The notes under the pieces were generated by a model. The model was not told where the DNA came from. It saw only the letters and a list, made by a program, of their open reading frames with translations, and made no database searches. A stretch of 63,958 nucleotides of DNA, counting the filler, from Thermodesulfobacteriota bacterium (GTDB lineage: Bacteria > DASVDK01): assembly GCA_036381125.1 (NCBI GenBank). It is 5 parts of 5 records of this genome, joined end to end, with 100 filler letters (N's around TTAATTAATTAA, not from the genome) between each part and the next. Parts side by side here need not be neighbours in the genome. Positions count along the whole stretch, not along the records: positions 1 to 28,684 come from DASVDK010000103.1; 4 more parts are not named here. One strand, given 5' to 3'. Positions 9,850 through 22,241 of the stretch are shown one piece after another (the first letter of the stretch is position 1; every line of letters starts with the position of its first letter). The position numbers and the translations under genes are program-made.

Positions 9850-10886
9850 CGGCGCGGCGCCTGCCAGGCGGGCGGCTGGTTGTACCGATCGGCCGCGCGG
9901 CGTCCGAGGGCGGTGAGGGGCGAGCGGGTGAGGGGGGTCTCGCTCTCGTACCCGGCGCGCGTGGCCGTATCGAGACCGTCGGGAGCCGGCAGGAGGCGGT
10001 TGACGACGCCGAGGAGGTCGGCCGTCAACCCGGGGACGATGCCGTTCAGGCGTGCGAGGAGCGCCGCCTGCGGCGTCAGCGTGACCTCCGGGTCGCCCCG
10101 GCGCGTCGCGGCGACGATGCGGCGAGCCGCACGCTCGGCGCTCGTGGAGACCAGGGGGAGCGTGGCGCCGAGGCTGAACCAGGCGAACTCGGCCCGGTGC
10201 CGGCCGCCGAAGCGGGCGTTCAGGTGCGACCCGGTCCGCATGAGGCCCGGCACCACCGTCACCACCCGGATGCCGTCCCTGGCCAGCTCCGCGCGAAGGC
10301 CCTCCGAGAAGCCGACCGCGGCGAACTTCGCCGCGGCGTAGGGCAGCAGGTGCGGGATCGCGACCTTGCCGCCGATCGAGGTGATGGTGACGATCCGCCC
10401 CTCGCGCCGGCGGCGCATGCCGGGCAGCACGGCCAGGGTGGGGTGGAGGACGCCGAAGAACATCGCCCCCATCGCCGCCTCGAAGTCGTCCGCCGTGCGG
10501 GTCTCGATCGGCCCGACGACGATCGTCCCGGCGTTGTTGACCAGGACGTCGATGCGGCCGAAGCGCCGGGTTGCCGCCTCCACGAGCGCCTCCACGCTCG
10601 CCCGGTCGGCGACGTCGCACGGCCGAGCCAGCACCTCGGTGCCCCGGGCGACCAGGCGGCGGCGCGCCTCCTCGAGACCCGCCTCGCCGCGCGCGCAGAT
10701 GACCAGGTGCGCCCCCTCGCCGGCAAAGGCCTCGGCCAGCGCGAGCCCCAGGCCCCGGGAGCTGCCGGTGACGAGGACGACCCGGCCGGCGAGCGGCATG
10801 GCCGTCAGGCGGCGCGCGAGGGCCCGGCCGGCGAGGAGCGCGCCGAGGCCCGCGGCCGCGACAACGGCCGCGCGGCGGCTACTCAC
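9846..10886 (-). CDS. SDR family NAD(P)-dependent oxidoreductase
   Basis: TGSSRGLG, NNAG and YAAAK motifs. Confidence 0.9.
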   Translation of the reverse strand: MSSRRAAVVAAAGLGALLAGRALARRLTAMPLAGRVVLVTGSSRGLGLALAEAFAGEGAHLVICARGEAGLEEARRRLVARGTEVLARPCDVADRASVEALVEAATRRFGRIDVLVNNAGTIVVGPIETRTADDFEAAMGAMFFGVLHPTLAVLPGMRRRREGRIVTITSIGGKVAIPHLLPYAAAKFAAVGFSEGLRAELARDGIRVVTVVPGLMRTGSHLNARFGGRHRAEFAWFSLGATLPLVSTSAERAARRIVAATRRGDPEVTLTPQAALLARLNGIVPGLTADLLGVVNRLLPAPDGLDTATRAGYESETPLTRSPLTALGRRAADRYNQPPAWQAPRR

Positions 10887-11064
10887 CCTTCGTGTGCCCT
10901 TCCACCCGGTGCCGCTTCATGACGGTCCGGGCCGCGGCCTCCTTCGCACGGCCGCCGTAGCGGCCGGAAGCCTCGGCCGACTCCTTGATATGCTCGTACA
11001 TGCGGTTTTCCCTGGCGCTCGCACCCGACAGGTGAGCCTTGCCGCCCGTCTTCTTCTCGGCCAT
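10879..11064 (-). CDS. Small basic protein of the 'RxYEHIKES...AARTV' family (often labelled plasmid stabilization protein)
   Basis: GAGGAGG RBS; RENRMYEHIKESAEASGR..AKEAAARTV. Confidence 0.7.
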   Translation of the reverse strand: MAEKKTGGKAHLSGASARENRMYEHIKESAEASGRYGGRAKEAAARTVMKRHRVEGHTKGE

Positions 11065-11127
11065 GAGCGACGCCTCCTCGCGGGAGGAGCAATGAAAAGA
11101 GCGTGCCGTCGCCCGGGGGAGCGTCCC

Positions 11128-11829
11128 GTGCGCATGGCCGCGCTGGCGCTGGCCGCGGCGCTGCCGCTCGGCGGCTGCGCCGGCCAGGGGCGCGGCCCGG
11201 CCGGCCTTCCCCCCGCGACCGGGCCGACGCACCTGGTCGACGCGGCCGTGGCCGCGGTCGGGCTCGACACCATCCTCCTGTCGGAGGTCCGCCTCGGCTG
11301 CGACCTCAATCGCGTGCGCGAGCTGCCGCCTCCCGTCGACCCGACCACCCTGGGACCCTGCCCGCCGGCCGAGGAGCAGGCCGTCCTCGACCAGCTCATC
11401 AACCAGGCCCTGATCCTCGAGGACGCGGTCCGGTTCAACATCGAGGTGCCGACCGAGGCGGTGGCGCGGGGCATCGAGCAGCTCGAGGCGCGGCTGGCCG
11501 GCCCGGACGGGCTCGACCGGCTGCTGGCCCGGTACGACCTCGACCGGGCCGCGTTGGAGGAGCGGATCGCTCGCGAGGTGCTCCTCGGCCGCTTCCTCGA
11601 GCGCCGCATCGGGCTCCTCGTGTTCGTGAGCCCGGACGAGATCGAACGGTACTACCCGCAGAACCGGGACCGCTTCGGCGGCGCACCGCTCGAGACGGTC
11701 GAGGCCGAGATCCGCACCTACCTCTCCCGGGTGAAGTACCGGGATGCGCTGGCCGAGTACATCGAGTCCCTCCGGAGCAGCGGCGACGTGAGGCGGCTCG
11801 GCGACACCGCGGGGGCGGGCGGGTCCTGA
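11128..11829 (+). CDS. SurA N-terminal-domain lipoprotein chaperone (start uncertain: 11092, 11128 or 11134)
   Basis: Lipobox LGGC; '[15 protein letters not shown]', '[11 protein letters not shown]', '[10 protein letters not shown]'. Confidence 0.7.
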   Translation: MRMAALALAAALPLGGCAGQGRGPAGLPPATGPTHLVDAAVAAVGLDTILLSEVRLGCDLNRVRELPPPVDPTTLGPCPPAEEQAVLDQLINQALILEDAVRFNIEVPTEAVARGIEQLEARLAGPDGLDRLLARYDLDRAALEERIAREVLLGRFLERRIGLLVFVSPDEIERYYPQNRDRFGGAPLETVEAEIRTYLSRVKYRDALAEYIESLRSSGDVRRLGDTAGAGGS

Positions 11830-11837
11830 GGTCCGTC

Positions 11838-11867
11838 TTGCCCGGCCGCGGGGCGCAATGGTAGGAT
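11838..11867 (+). promoter_or_regulatory. Sigma70-like promoter for the mPPase pair (TTGCCC-N18-TAGGAT, extended -10 TG)
   Basis: Motif match about 100 nt upstream of the first hppA. Confidence 0.45.
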
Positions 11868-11971
11868 GCGCCGGTTTGGCTCGTGGCGTGGGTCACACGC
11901 CGCGTGCCGTCTCCGTGTCTTCCACCCAAGCGATCGTTGAGAGATCTGCTCAGCCAGGAGTCGACGCGCCC

Positions 11972-14020
<2,049 letters not shown>

Positions 14021-14104
14021 CAATCCGGACGGCCGCCGTCCCGGCGCGACGGGGGCAATGAGGCTCCCCGCGCCGGCGGCCGGCCGCCGGTTCACGAGGA
14101 CGCC

Positions 14105-16225
14105 ATGCCCAGTACCACGCCCGTCTTCGACGGCATCGGGGCGACCGTCGGTCTGATCTTCGTCATCAGCCTCTCCTCCCTCGCCTTCGCGGCCTGGCTC
14201 GCGGCCTGGGTCCTTCGCAAGGACGCCGGCACGTCGGCCATGCGGGTCATCAGCGACGCCATCCAGGAGGGCGCCGAGGCCTTCCTGCGCCGGCAGTACC
14301 GGACCATCGCGTGGCTCTCGCTCGTCGTGGCGGGGCTGCTGCTCGTCTTCTACGGGTTCGAGAAGGGCGACTGGGGCCTGTCGGGCAAGATCGTCGCCTC
14401 GTTCCTCATCGGCGCGCTCTGCTCGGCCCTGGCCGGATACATCGGCATGTACGTCTCCATCCGCGCCAACATCCGCACCGCCTCGGCGGCGCGCACGAGC
14501 CTGGCGAGCGCGCTGGCCATCGCGCTGCGCGGCGGCGCCGTGTCGGGTCTGACGGTCGTGGCGATGAGCCTCGTCGGCGTGGGCGGGCTCTTCGTCCTGT
14601 TCGGCGGGATGGGGTCGCCGGAGGCGGCACGGGCCGTCCCGTACCAGATCGTCGGCTTCGGCTTCGGGGCCTCCTTCGTGGCGCTCTTCGCGCAGCTCGG
14701 CGGCGGCATCTACACGAAGGCCGCCGACGTGGGGGCCGACCTGGTCGGCAAGGTCGAGGCCGGCATCCCGGAGGACGACCCGCGCAATCCGGCGGTCATC
14801 GCCGACCTCGTCGGCGACAACGTCGGCGACTGCGCCGGCCGCGGCGCCGACCTCTTCGAGTCGACCGCCGCCGAGAACATCGGGGCGATGATCCTCGGCG
14901 TCGCGCTCTACCCGATCTACGGCTGGGGCGGCATCCTCTTCCCGCTCGTCGCCCGGGCGTTCGGCATCATCGCCACGATCGTCGGGATCATGTCGGTCAA
15001 GGCGAAGGAGACGGAGGACCCGATGGCCGCGCTGAACCGGGGCTACTACGTCACCTCGGCCCTCGCGATCCTCGGCTTCTACCTCGCCGTCCGCTGGCTC
15101 CTCGGCAACAACGGCTGGTTCTTCGCCGCGGGCGTCATCGGCATCCTCACGTCGATCGCCTTCGTGTACATCACGCAGTACTACACCGAGTACCGCTACC
15201 GCCCGGTGCGCGACATCGCGCAGGCGTCGCAGACCGGGCCGGCCACGAACATCATCGCCGGCTTCGCGGTCGGCCTCGAGTGCACCGCTCTGCCGGTCTT
15301 CGTCATCTCGGCCGCACTCCTCGCAGCCTTCTACTGCGGCGTCCAGAGCGACATCCAGGCGGCCGGCGTGAGCGACGTCCAGGCCGGCCTCTACGGGACC
15401 GCCGTCGCCACCATGGGGATGCTCGGCACCGCCGCCTACATCCTCGCCATGGACACCTTCGGGCCGATCACCGACAACGCGGGCGGCATCATCGAGATGA
15501 GCCAGCAGCCCGAGGAGGTCCGGCAGAAGACCGACCGCCTCGACGCCGTCGGCAACACCACCAAGGCGCTGACGAAGGGCTACGCCATCGGCTCGGCCGC
15601 CCTCGCCGCGTTCCTCCTCTTCTCCGCCTACCTCGACGAGGTCACGGCGCTCACCGGCCGGCCGTTCCACTCCGTGGACCTCGGCAAGATCGAGGTCTTC
15701 GTGGGGGCGCTCCTCGGCGCCATGCTCGTCTTCTGGTTCAGCGCCCTGGCCATCAAGGCGGTCGGCAAGGCGGCCTATTACGTCATCAACGAGGTGCGCC
15801 GCCAGTTCAGGGAGAACCCCGGGATCATGGCGGGCACGGCCAAGCCCGACTACGCCCGGTGCGTCGACATCGTCACCGGCGGCGCGCTCCGGCAGATGGT
15901 CGTGCCGGGCCTCCTGGCCGTCGTCATGCCGGTCGCGGTCGGCCTCGTCCTCAGGGCCGAGGCGGTGGCGGCCTTCCTCATGGTGGGCACGATCGCCGGC
16001 ATCCTGGTCGCCCTCGTGCTCAACAACGGCGGCGGCGCCTGGGACAACGCCAAGAAGTTCATCGAGACCGGGCAGTACGGCGGCAAGCGCTCGGAGGCGC
16101 ACAAGGCGGCCGTCGTCGGCGACACCGTCGGCGACCCCTTCAAGGACACCGCCGGGCCGTCGCTCCACGTCCTGATCAAGCTCCTCAGCACGATCACCCT
16201 CGTGCTGGCGCCGCTGTTCATCTGA
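14105..16225 (+). CDS. hppA: Membrane pyrophosphatase, K+-independent H+-translocating type
   Basis: [21 protein letters not shown] (Lys); [12 protein letters not shown]. Confidence 0.93.
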   Translation: MPSTTPVFDGIGATVGLIFVISLSSLAFAAWLAAWVLRKDAGTSAMRVISDAIQEGAEAFLRRQYRTIAWLSLVVAGLLLVFYGFEKGDWGLSGKIVASFLIGALCSALAGYIGMYVSIRANIRTASAARTSLASALAIALRGGAVSGLTVVAMSLVGVGGLFVLFGGMGSPEAARAVPYQIVGFGFGASFVALFAQLGGGIYTKAADVGADLVGKVEAGIPEDDPRNPAVIADLVGDNVGDCAGRGADLFESTAAENIGAMILGVALYPIYGWGGILFPLVARAFGIIATIVGIMSVKAKETEDPMAALNRGYYVTSALAILGFYLAVRWLLGNNGWFFAAGVIGILTSIAFVYITQYYTEYRYRPVRDIAQASQTGPATNIIAGFAVGLECTALPVFVISAALLAAFYCGVQSDIQAAGVSDVQAGLYGTAVATMGMLGTAAYILAMDTFGPITDNAGGIIEMSQQPEEVRQKTDRLDAVGNTTKALTKGYAIGSAALAAFLLFSAYLDEVTALTGRPFHSVDLGKIEVFVGALLGAMLVFWFSALAIKAVGKAAYYVINEVRRQFRENPGIMAGTAKPDYARCVDIVTGGALRQMVVPGLLAVVMPVAVGLVLRAEAVAAFLMVGTIAGILVALVLNNGGGAWDNAKKFIETGQYGGKRSEAHKAAVVGDTVGDPFKDTAGPSLHVLIKLLSTITLVLAPLFI

Positions 16226-16310
16226 GCGGCCCCTCTCCACACCGTCCTGCGCCCCGGCCGGCCTAGCCGGGCGGGGCGCAGCCGCCTTCTGCCCTCCGTA
16301 ATAGACCTGA

Positions 16311-16339
16311 TTGACCCCCTCCGGGCCGGGCAGTACCCT
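16311..16339 (+). promoter_or_regulatory. Sigma70-like promoter TTGACC-N17-TACCCT
   Basis: Consensus spacing; AGGAGG follows at 16355-16360. Confidence 0.5.
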
Positions 16340-16366
16340 CGGCCAGCTTCCAACAGGAGGTGCCAT

Positions 16367-16930
16367 CTGCGCGCGAATGTTGCGTTGCTCCTGACGCTCG
16401 TTCTCGGCGTCCCCACGGCATCCGTGACGGCTCAGGAGTCGTCGAAACCTGGCGGCAGGGTGACCAACGAGGTCGAGGTGATCGCGACCGTCGAGGCGAT
16501 CGACCGAGACCAGCGAGTCGTCACCATGCGCGGGCCCCAGGGCCGCGTGGTAGACGTCAAGGTACCGCCCGAGGCACAGAACCTGGACCAGGTCGAGGTC
16601 GGCGACCGGATCCGGGTCCGCTACCTCGAGGGGCTCGCCATCATGGTGGAGCCTGCGGGAGGGGGACCGAGCGCCAGTCAGTCCGGGACCGTGAGGCTCG
16701 CCCCCAAGGGCGCGACGCCGGGAGGGGTTGCCGTACAGGTACGGCAGATCAGGGCGCGCGTCGACGCGGTCGACCACGCGCAGCGCACCGTGACGCTCAC
16801 GGGCCCGCAAGGGCGGACCGTGACGCTGCCGGTGGACCCGAGCGTCGAGCGGTTCGACCAGGTGAAGCCGGGCGACGAGGTGGTCGTCGCCTACGCCGAG
16901 TCCCTCGCGCTCTCCCTCGTGAAGGAGTAG
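16367..16930 (+). CDS. Exported protein with two tandem OB-fold-like repeats
   Basis: Signal peptide; repeated '[21 protein letters not shown]' / '[21 protein letters not shown]'; probable CTG start 6 nt after AGGAGG. Confidence 0.75.
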   Translation: MRANVALLLTLVLGVPTASVTAQESSKPGGRVTNEVEVIATVEAIDRDQRVVTMRGPQGRVVDVKVPPEAQNLDQVEVGDRIRVRYLEGLAIMVEPAGGGPSASQSGTVRLAPKGATPGGVAVQVRQIRARVDAVDHAQRTVTLTGPQGRTVTLPVDPSVERFDQVKPGDEVVVAYAESLALSLVKE

Positions 16931-16951
16931 CGCCGGGCGCACCGACCGCGG

Positions 16952-16986
16952 CCCGGCCCCTTCCTCCCGGTGAGGAAGGGGCCGGG
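16952..16986. terminator. 15-bp stem hairpin between convergent genes (bidirectional terminator candidate)
   Basis: CCCGGCCCCTTCCTC / GAGGAAGGGGCCGGG perfect inverted repeat. Confidence 0.65.
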
Positions 16987-16993
16987 TGTTCCC

Positions 16994-17383
16994 TCACCAG
17001 TTGAGCCCGGGCGTCAAGTACTCCCACTCGAACGTCGTCGGCGCCATGGGGCGCGGAGTCTCCTGCTCGAGGCGAGCGCCGCTCGAGAGCTGGCGGTAGC
17101 GGACGTACTCCGCCTGGCGCCCCACGTAGAGACACTTGCAGCCGTAGGGATCGGCGAGCGTGTAGACGGGCTCCCCCTTGTACTCGCGAGGGACGACGAC
17201 CAGGGTCGGGGTGAGCTGCTCGAGCTTCGCGAGCTTCTCGGGCGTGTCGGCGCGGATCATCTGGAAGCCGGCCTGCTGGACGAGATCGATGGGCGTCGGG
17301 AGCGCGCCTGCGGCGAGCGGCGGCGCGGTCGAGAGAACGCCGGCGGCGAGGCCGGTCACGAGACACGCGAGTGCACGGATCAT
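16994..17383 (-). CDS. Exported hypothetical protein with CxC motif
   Basis: GAGGAGG RBS; signal peptide; 'AGFQMIRADTPEK..ADPYGCKCLYVG'. Confidence 0.7.
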   Translation of the reverse strand: MIRALACLVTGLAAGVLSTAPPLAAGALPTPIDLVQQAGFQMIRADTPEKLAKLEQLTPTLVVVPREYKGEPVYTLADPYGCKCLYVGRQAEYVRYRQLSSGARLEQETPRPMAPTTFEWEYLTPGLNW

Positions 17384-17714
17384 ACGAGCCTCCTCATGAG
17401 ATGTGAGGAGCGTACCCCGGCCGCTCGCCGCGGCAATCGAGCAAAACCCTGAGATCCCCGATCGCCTCGTCGGCCCTCCGCGACCATCCGCCTCATGCTC
17501 TCCTTCGGGATTGCGAAGAGGGGGCCGGCTCGGACCGGGACGGGGGGACCTGCCGTCCTGCGGGGGATCGATCCGAGGTCATTCGGGGGGCCGGCGCGGC
17601 ATGCGGCGGGGTAGGAGCCGCCCGGCGTCGGGAATATTCCGGATATTGCGGTGTCTGCGCGAAGCGTATCGTGACCTTCGAAGCGCATCGTACGCCCCTC
17701 ACCGGAGGAACAGG

Positions 17715-20486
17715 ATGAGCACGGACGCCTCGGCCGGAACCCGGATCGACCACTTCTTCTCGGTGACGGAGGCCCGTCTCGACCGCTGGCGCACGCTCCA
17801 CATGGCGGCGCGGCGCTGGGCGGCCGCGCCACAGGCGAAGGCCGCGAGGGAGAAGACCGAACAGGGGCTCGCCGACCTGCGCCCCCTCGAGGCGTTCCAC
17901 GCGTTTCCGGGCCCGAGGCTGATCGAGGTACTGGCCGAGCGTATCGCCGCCGGGGACGCCACGGGCGCCGCCCGCCTCGTCCAGCGCATCAGCTACGCGC
18001 TCCTGTCGCGCACGTACCGCAGCGACCCCGGCGAGTGGGACGTCAACGAGGAGATGGCCACCGGAGGGACCGAGCGGCTGCCGCCGGCCCTCGACGGCGG
18101 CACCGCGCACCGCCCCTATTTCGAGGTCCTGTTCGTGACGCCGGCGCCCAGCCAGCGGTGGCCCGCCGTCGGCCAGGAGATCCGGCGGCTGCGGCGCCCC
18201 CAGGACGAGTTCGTCTACGAGCCGGTCTTCGTCGGCAGCTTCGAGGACGCCGTGCTCGGGACGGTGCTCAACCCCGAGATCGAGGCCGTCGTCGTCTACG
18301 ACGGCATCCCCTTCCCGTCGAGCTACCAGGCGCCGCTCCTGCGCAGCTTCCTCGAGACGCATCTCCGCGTCGACGGCGCGAGCCTGGCCCCCCAGGACTT
18401 CGGGCCGGCGCTCGCCCGCGTCGTCAAGCGCATCCGGCCCGAGCTCGACGTCTACCTCCTCACCGATCGCGAGGTCGAGAAGGTGGCGGGTGACCCGACG
18501 CTCTCGGGCATCCGCCGGGTCTTCTACGAGGTCGAGGAGCTGCTCGAGCTTCACCTGAGCATCCTGTCCGGCATCGCCACGCGTTTCGACACGCCGTACT
18601 TCAACAACCTGAAGCGGTACGCCCAGCGGCCGATCGGGACGTTCCACGCGCTGCCGATCGCCCGCGGCAAGTCGATCTTCAAGTCCAACTGGATCCGCGA
18701 CATGGGCGAGTTCTACGGCGTGAACCTCTTCCTCGCCGAGTCATCGGCCACCACCGGCGGCCTCGACAGCCTGCTCGAGCCGACCGGGAACATCAAGCTC
18801 GCCCAGGACAAGGCCGCCCGGGCGTTCGGCGCCGACCGCGCCTTCTTCATGACGAACGGCACGTCCACGTCCAACAAGGTGGTCGAGCAGGCGCTGCTCC
18901 GGCCGGGGGACATCGTCCTGGTCGACCGCAACTGCCACAAGTCGCACCACTACGGCATGGTCCTCGCCGGCGCGCAGCCGCTCTACGTCGAGGCCTATCC
19001 GATGACGGCGTACTCGATGTACGGCGGCGTGCCGCTGAGGAGCCTCAAGAAGGCGCTGCTCGACCTCAAGGCCGACGGCCGCCTCGACCGCGCCCGGATG
19101 GTCGTCCTCACCAACTGCACCTTCGACGGGCACATCTACAACGTCAAGCGTGTCATGGAGGAATGCCTCGCCATCAAGCCGGACCTGGTCTTCCTCTGGG
19201 ACGAGGCCTGGTTCGGCTTCGCCCGCTTCACGCCGTTCTACCGGGGGCGGACGGCCATGGGCGCGGCGGCGGCCCTGCGGGAGCAGTTCGCCGACCCGGC
19301 CTCGCGTCGGGCCTTCGCCGAGCAGCGAGCGAAGCTCGGCGCCGACCTCGACCCGAGGGACCCGCGCCTGCTCGAGACGCGGCTCCTGCCGGACCCGGAC
19401 GCGGCGAAGGTCCGCGTCTACCAGACGAGCTCGACGCACAAGTCCATGTCCGCGTTGCGGCAAGGCTCCATGATCCTCGTGGCCGACGAGGACTTCCGCC
19501 ACGTCGAGGCGCCGTTCAAGGAGGCCGTCTTCACCCACACCTCGACGTCCCCGAACCTCCAGATCATCGCGTCGCTCGACGTGGCCCGCAGGCAGATGGA
19601 GCTCGAGGGCTACGAGCTGGTCATGCGGGCCATCCAGCTCGCCCTGGCGATCCGCCGCGAGGTCAACAACCACCCGCTCGTGTCGAAGTACTTCCGGATC
19701 CTGACCGTGGCGGACATGGTCCCCGCCGAGTTCCGCGCGTCGGGGCTCGAGGACTTCCTCGCGCCGGGGACGCGCTGGCCGGAGGCGCTCGCGGCGCTGC
19801 GGGACGACGAGTTCGCCCTCGACCCGACGCGGCTCACCCTGGCCTGCGGGTCCGCGGGCTACGACGGCACCCAGTTCAAAGGGCTCCTGGCCGAGAAGTA
19901 CGACATCCAGCTCAACAAGACCTCGCGCAACAGCGTGCTGCTCCAGACCAACATCAACAACACGCGGAGCGACGCCGCCAACCTGATCAAGGTGCTCGTC
20001 GAGATCTCGCGCGACATCGACCGCCGGCTCGAGGAAGGGGGCGAGGCCGACCGCCAGGCCTTCGCGGCCCGGGTCAAGGCGCTCATGGAGGACGTGCCCG
20101 AGCTGCCGAACTTCAGCCGCTTCCACGAGAGCTTCCGGGACGCGCCCGACGCCTCGACGCAGGAGGGCGACATGCGGTCGGCCTTCTACATGGCCTACGA
20201 CGAGTCCGGCTGCGAGCACGTCAGGCTCGCGAGCCCCGAGATCGACCGGCGACTCGCGTCGGGTCCGGAGCTGGTCTCGGCGAGCTTCGTGATCCCGTAT
20301 CCGCCGGGCTTCCCGATCATGGTGCCGGGGCAGGTGATCACCGCCGAGACGATCGAGTTCATGCGGAAGCTCGACGTCAAGGAGATCCACGGCTACAACG
20401 CCGCGCTGGGGCTCAAGCTCGTCCGGCCGGAGGCGCTGGCGTCCCTGGCGGCGGCGCCGCGGCCCGCGCTGCGCAAGAGCGCGTGA
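17715..20486 (+). CDS. Orn/Lys/Arg-decarboxylase-family PLP enzyme, long form (Rv2531c-like)
   Basis: GGAGG RBS; 'TNGTSTSNK', 'DRNCHKSHH', 'WDEAW', 'STHKS' PLP lysine, 'PYPPGFP'. Confidence 0.88.
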   Translation: MSTDASAGTRIDHFFSVTEARLDRWRTLHMAARRWAAAPQAKAAREKTEQGLADLRPLEAFHAFPGPRLIEVLAERIAAGDATGAARLVQRISYALLSRTYRSDPGEWDVNEEMATGGTERLPPALDGGTAHRPYFEVLFVTPAPSQRWPAVGQEIRRLRRPQDEFVYEPVFVGSFEDAVLGTVLNPEIEAVVVYDGIPFPSSYQAPLLRSFLETHLRVDGASLAPQDFGPALARVVKRIRPELDVYLLTDREVEKVAGDPTLSGIRRVFYEVEELLELHLSILSGIATRFDTPYFNNLKRYAQRPIGTFHALPIARGKSIFKSNWIRDMGEFYGVNLFLAESSATTGGLDSLLEPTGNIKLAQDKAARAFGADRAFFMTNGTSTSNKVVEQALLRPGDIVLVDRNCHKSHHYGMVLAGAQPLYVEAYPMTAYSMYGGVPLRSLKKALLDLKADGRLDRARMVVLTNCTFDGHIYNVKRVMEECLAIKPDLVFLWDEAWFGFARFTPFYRGRTAMGAAAALREQFADPASRRAFAEQRAKLGADLDPRDPRLLETRLLPDPDAAKVRVYQTSSTHKSMSALRQGSMILVADEDFRHVEAPFKEAVFTHTSTSPNLQIIASLDVARRQMELEGYELVMRAIQLALAIRREVNNHPLVSKYFRILTVADMVPAEFRASGLEDFLAPGTRWPEALAALRDDEFALDPTRLTLACGSAGYDGTQFKGLLAEKYDIQLNKTSRNSVLLQTNINNTRSDAANLIKVLVEISRDIDRRLEEGGEADRQAFAARVKALMEDVPELPNFSRFHESFRDAPDASTQEGDMRSAFYMAYDESGCEHVRLASPEIDRRLASGPELVSASFVIPYPPGFPIMVPGQVITAETIEFMRKLDVKEIHGYNAALGLKLVRPEALASLAAAPRPALRKSA

Positions 20487-20499
20487 GGAGGAGGCGACC

Positions 20500-22200
20500 G
20501 TGACCGCGTTCTTCCAGTTCCTGGCGGACAACCCCTACATCCTGCTCTTCCTCGCGGTCGGCCTCGCCATCTGGGTGGGGCGGTTCAGCGTGAAGGGGTA
20601 CGGGCTCGGCGCGGTGGCCGCCGCGATCATCGTGGGCTGCGCCCTGTCGACGTTCGCGTCGCTCTACGGCGTCAAGCTCACGCTCGACAACTTCGTGAAG
20701 AGCCTCTTCTACTACCTCTTCATGTACGGGGTCGGCCTGCGCGTCGGCCCGTCGTTCGTGAACAGCATCAAGGGCGACGGCGTCAAGTTCCTCGTGCTGG
20801 CGGTCGTGTCCTCCGTCCTCGGCCTCACGCTGGTCGTCGCCGGGGCGAGACTCTTCGACCTGCCGATCGGCGCGGCGGGCGGGATGCTGGCCGGGTCGCA
20901 GACCATGTCGGCCGCCATCGGCTCGGCGGAGCAGGCGGTCACGTCCGGAGTCGTCAGGCTGCCCGAGGGGACCACGGCCGAGCAGGCCTCGGCCATGATC
21001 GCGCTCTCCTACGGCATCACGTACATCTGGGGAACGGTCGGCATCATCCTGATCTGCAAGTACCTGCCCCGCTGGTGGGGCGTCGACGCGAAGGCGGCGG
21101 CGAGGCAGTACGAGGACGAGTACGGGGTCCGCAACGTGGACGACGCCGGGCTGAGCGGCTACCGGCCGTTCGGGCTCAGGGCCTATCGTCTCGAGAACCG
21201 GGCGATGGTCGAGCGGACGGTCGGCGACCTCCTTCGGGAGCACCCCGAGTACAAGGTCGCGAACGTCGTCCGTGAGGGCGAGTCGCTCGGCGCCGGCAGG
21301 GACATCGTCCTGCACAAGGGGGACGTCGTCGCGCTCGGTGGTCGGATCGAGGCGCTCACCGAGAAGATGGGGCTCATCGGGCCGGAGGTGCCCGACGCGC
21401 GGGCCCTCAACATCCCGCTCGACGCTGCCGAGATCCTGGTGACCAACCGGGCGGTGGAGGGCAAGCCGCTCAAGGAGTTCCGGACGGCCGACTTCGCCGG
21501 CCAGATCCAGCTCGGCCGGATCGAGCGCGCCGGCGTGCCGATCCCCATAGGGCTCGAGACGAAGCTGCAGCGCATGGACGTGCTGACCGTCGCCGGGCTC
21601 AAGGGCGCCGTGGAGCGGGCGGCCGCCCTCCTCGGCCGGGTCGCGAGGCCCAACTCGGCGACCGACCTCTTCACCCTGGCCGCGGGCATGATCCTCGGCT
21701 TCCTGATCGGCCTGATCCAGTTCCCCGCGTTCGGGGCGAAAGTCGGCCTGGGGAACGCGGGCGGGCTGCTCCTCTCGGGCGTCATCGTCTCCTCGGTGGC
21801 CTCCCGGCTGCGCTTCTTCGGCAACACCCCGAACGCGGCCCGGAACATCCTCGAGGACCTGGGGCTCATCGTCTTCGTGGTCATCGTCGGCATCAACGCG
21901 GGCTCCTCGCTCCTGGCGCAGCTCACCGGCGCCCTCGCGGCCAAGATCTTCCTGGTCGGCTTCATCGCCTGCACCATCCCGCCCTTCATCGTCTGGGCGA
22001 TCGGGTATCACGTCTTCAGGATCAACCCGGCCGTCCTCATGGGCGGCGTGGCGGGCGCGCGCAGCCACTCGGGGCCCGCCCGGGAGGCGGCGAAGGAGAT
22101 CGACAGCTCGGTGCCCTGGATCGGTTTCCCGGTGGGCTACGCGGTGTCCGGAGTCCTCCTGACCGTCTTCGGCTACTTCGCCATGCTGCTGGCGCAGTAA
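20500..22200 (+). CDS. AspT/YidE/YbjL family amino-acid antiporter with TrkA-C domains
   Basis: 'FMYGVGLRVGPSF', 'GMLAGSQT', 'LGNAGGLLLSG'; duplicated TM architecture. Confidence 0.85.
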   Translation: MTAFFQFLADNPYILLFLAVGLAIWVGRFSVKGYGLGAVAAAIIVGCALSTFASLYGVKLTLDNFVKSLFYYLFMYGVGLRVGPSFVNSIKGDGVKFLVLAVVSSVLGLTLVVAGARLFDLPIGAAGGMLAGSQTMSAAIGSAEQAVTSGVVRLPEGTTAEQASAMIALSYGITYIWGTVGIILICKYLPRWWGVDAKAAARQYEDEYGVRNVDDAGLSGYRPFGLRAYRLENRAMVERTVGDLLREHPEYKVANVVREGESLGAGRDIVLHKGDVVALGGRIEALTEKMGLIGPEVPDARALNIPLDAAEILVTNRAVEGKPLKEFRTADFAGQIQLGRIERAGVPIPIGLETKLQRMDVLTVAGLKGAVERAAALLGRVARPNSATDLFTLAAGMILGFLIGLIQFPAFGAKVGLGNAGGLLLSGVIVSSVASRLRFFGNTPNAARNILEDLGLIVFVVIVGINAGSSLLAQLTGALAAKIFLVGFIACTIPPFIVWAIGYHVFRINPAVLMGGVAGARSHSGPAREAAKEIDSSVPWIGFPVGYAVSGVLLTVFGYFAMLLAQ

Positions 22201-22241
22201 GGCTCGACCGGCCGGCCTGCCAGGCCGAGGGGAGACGTGGC

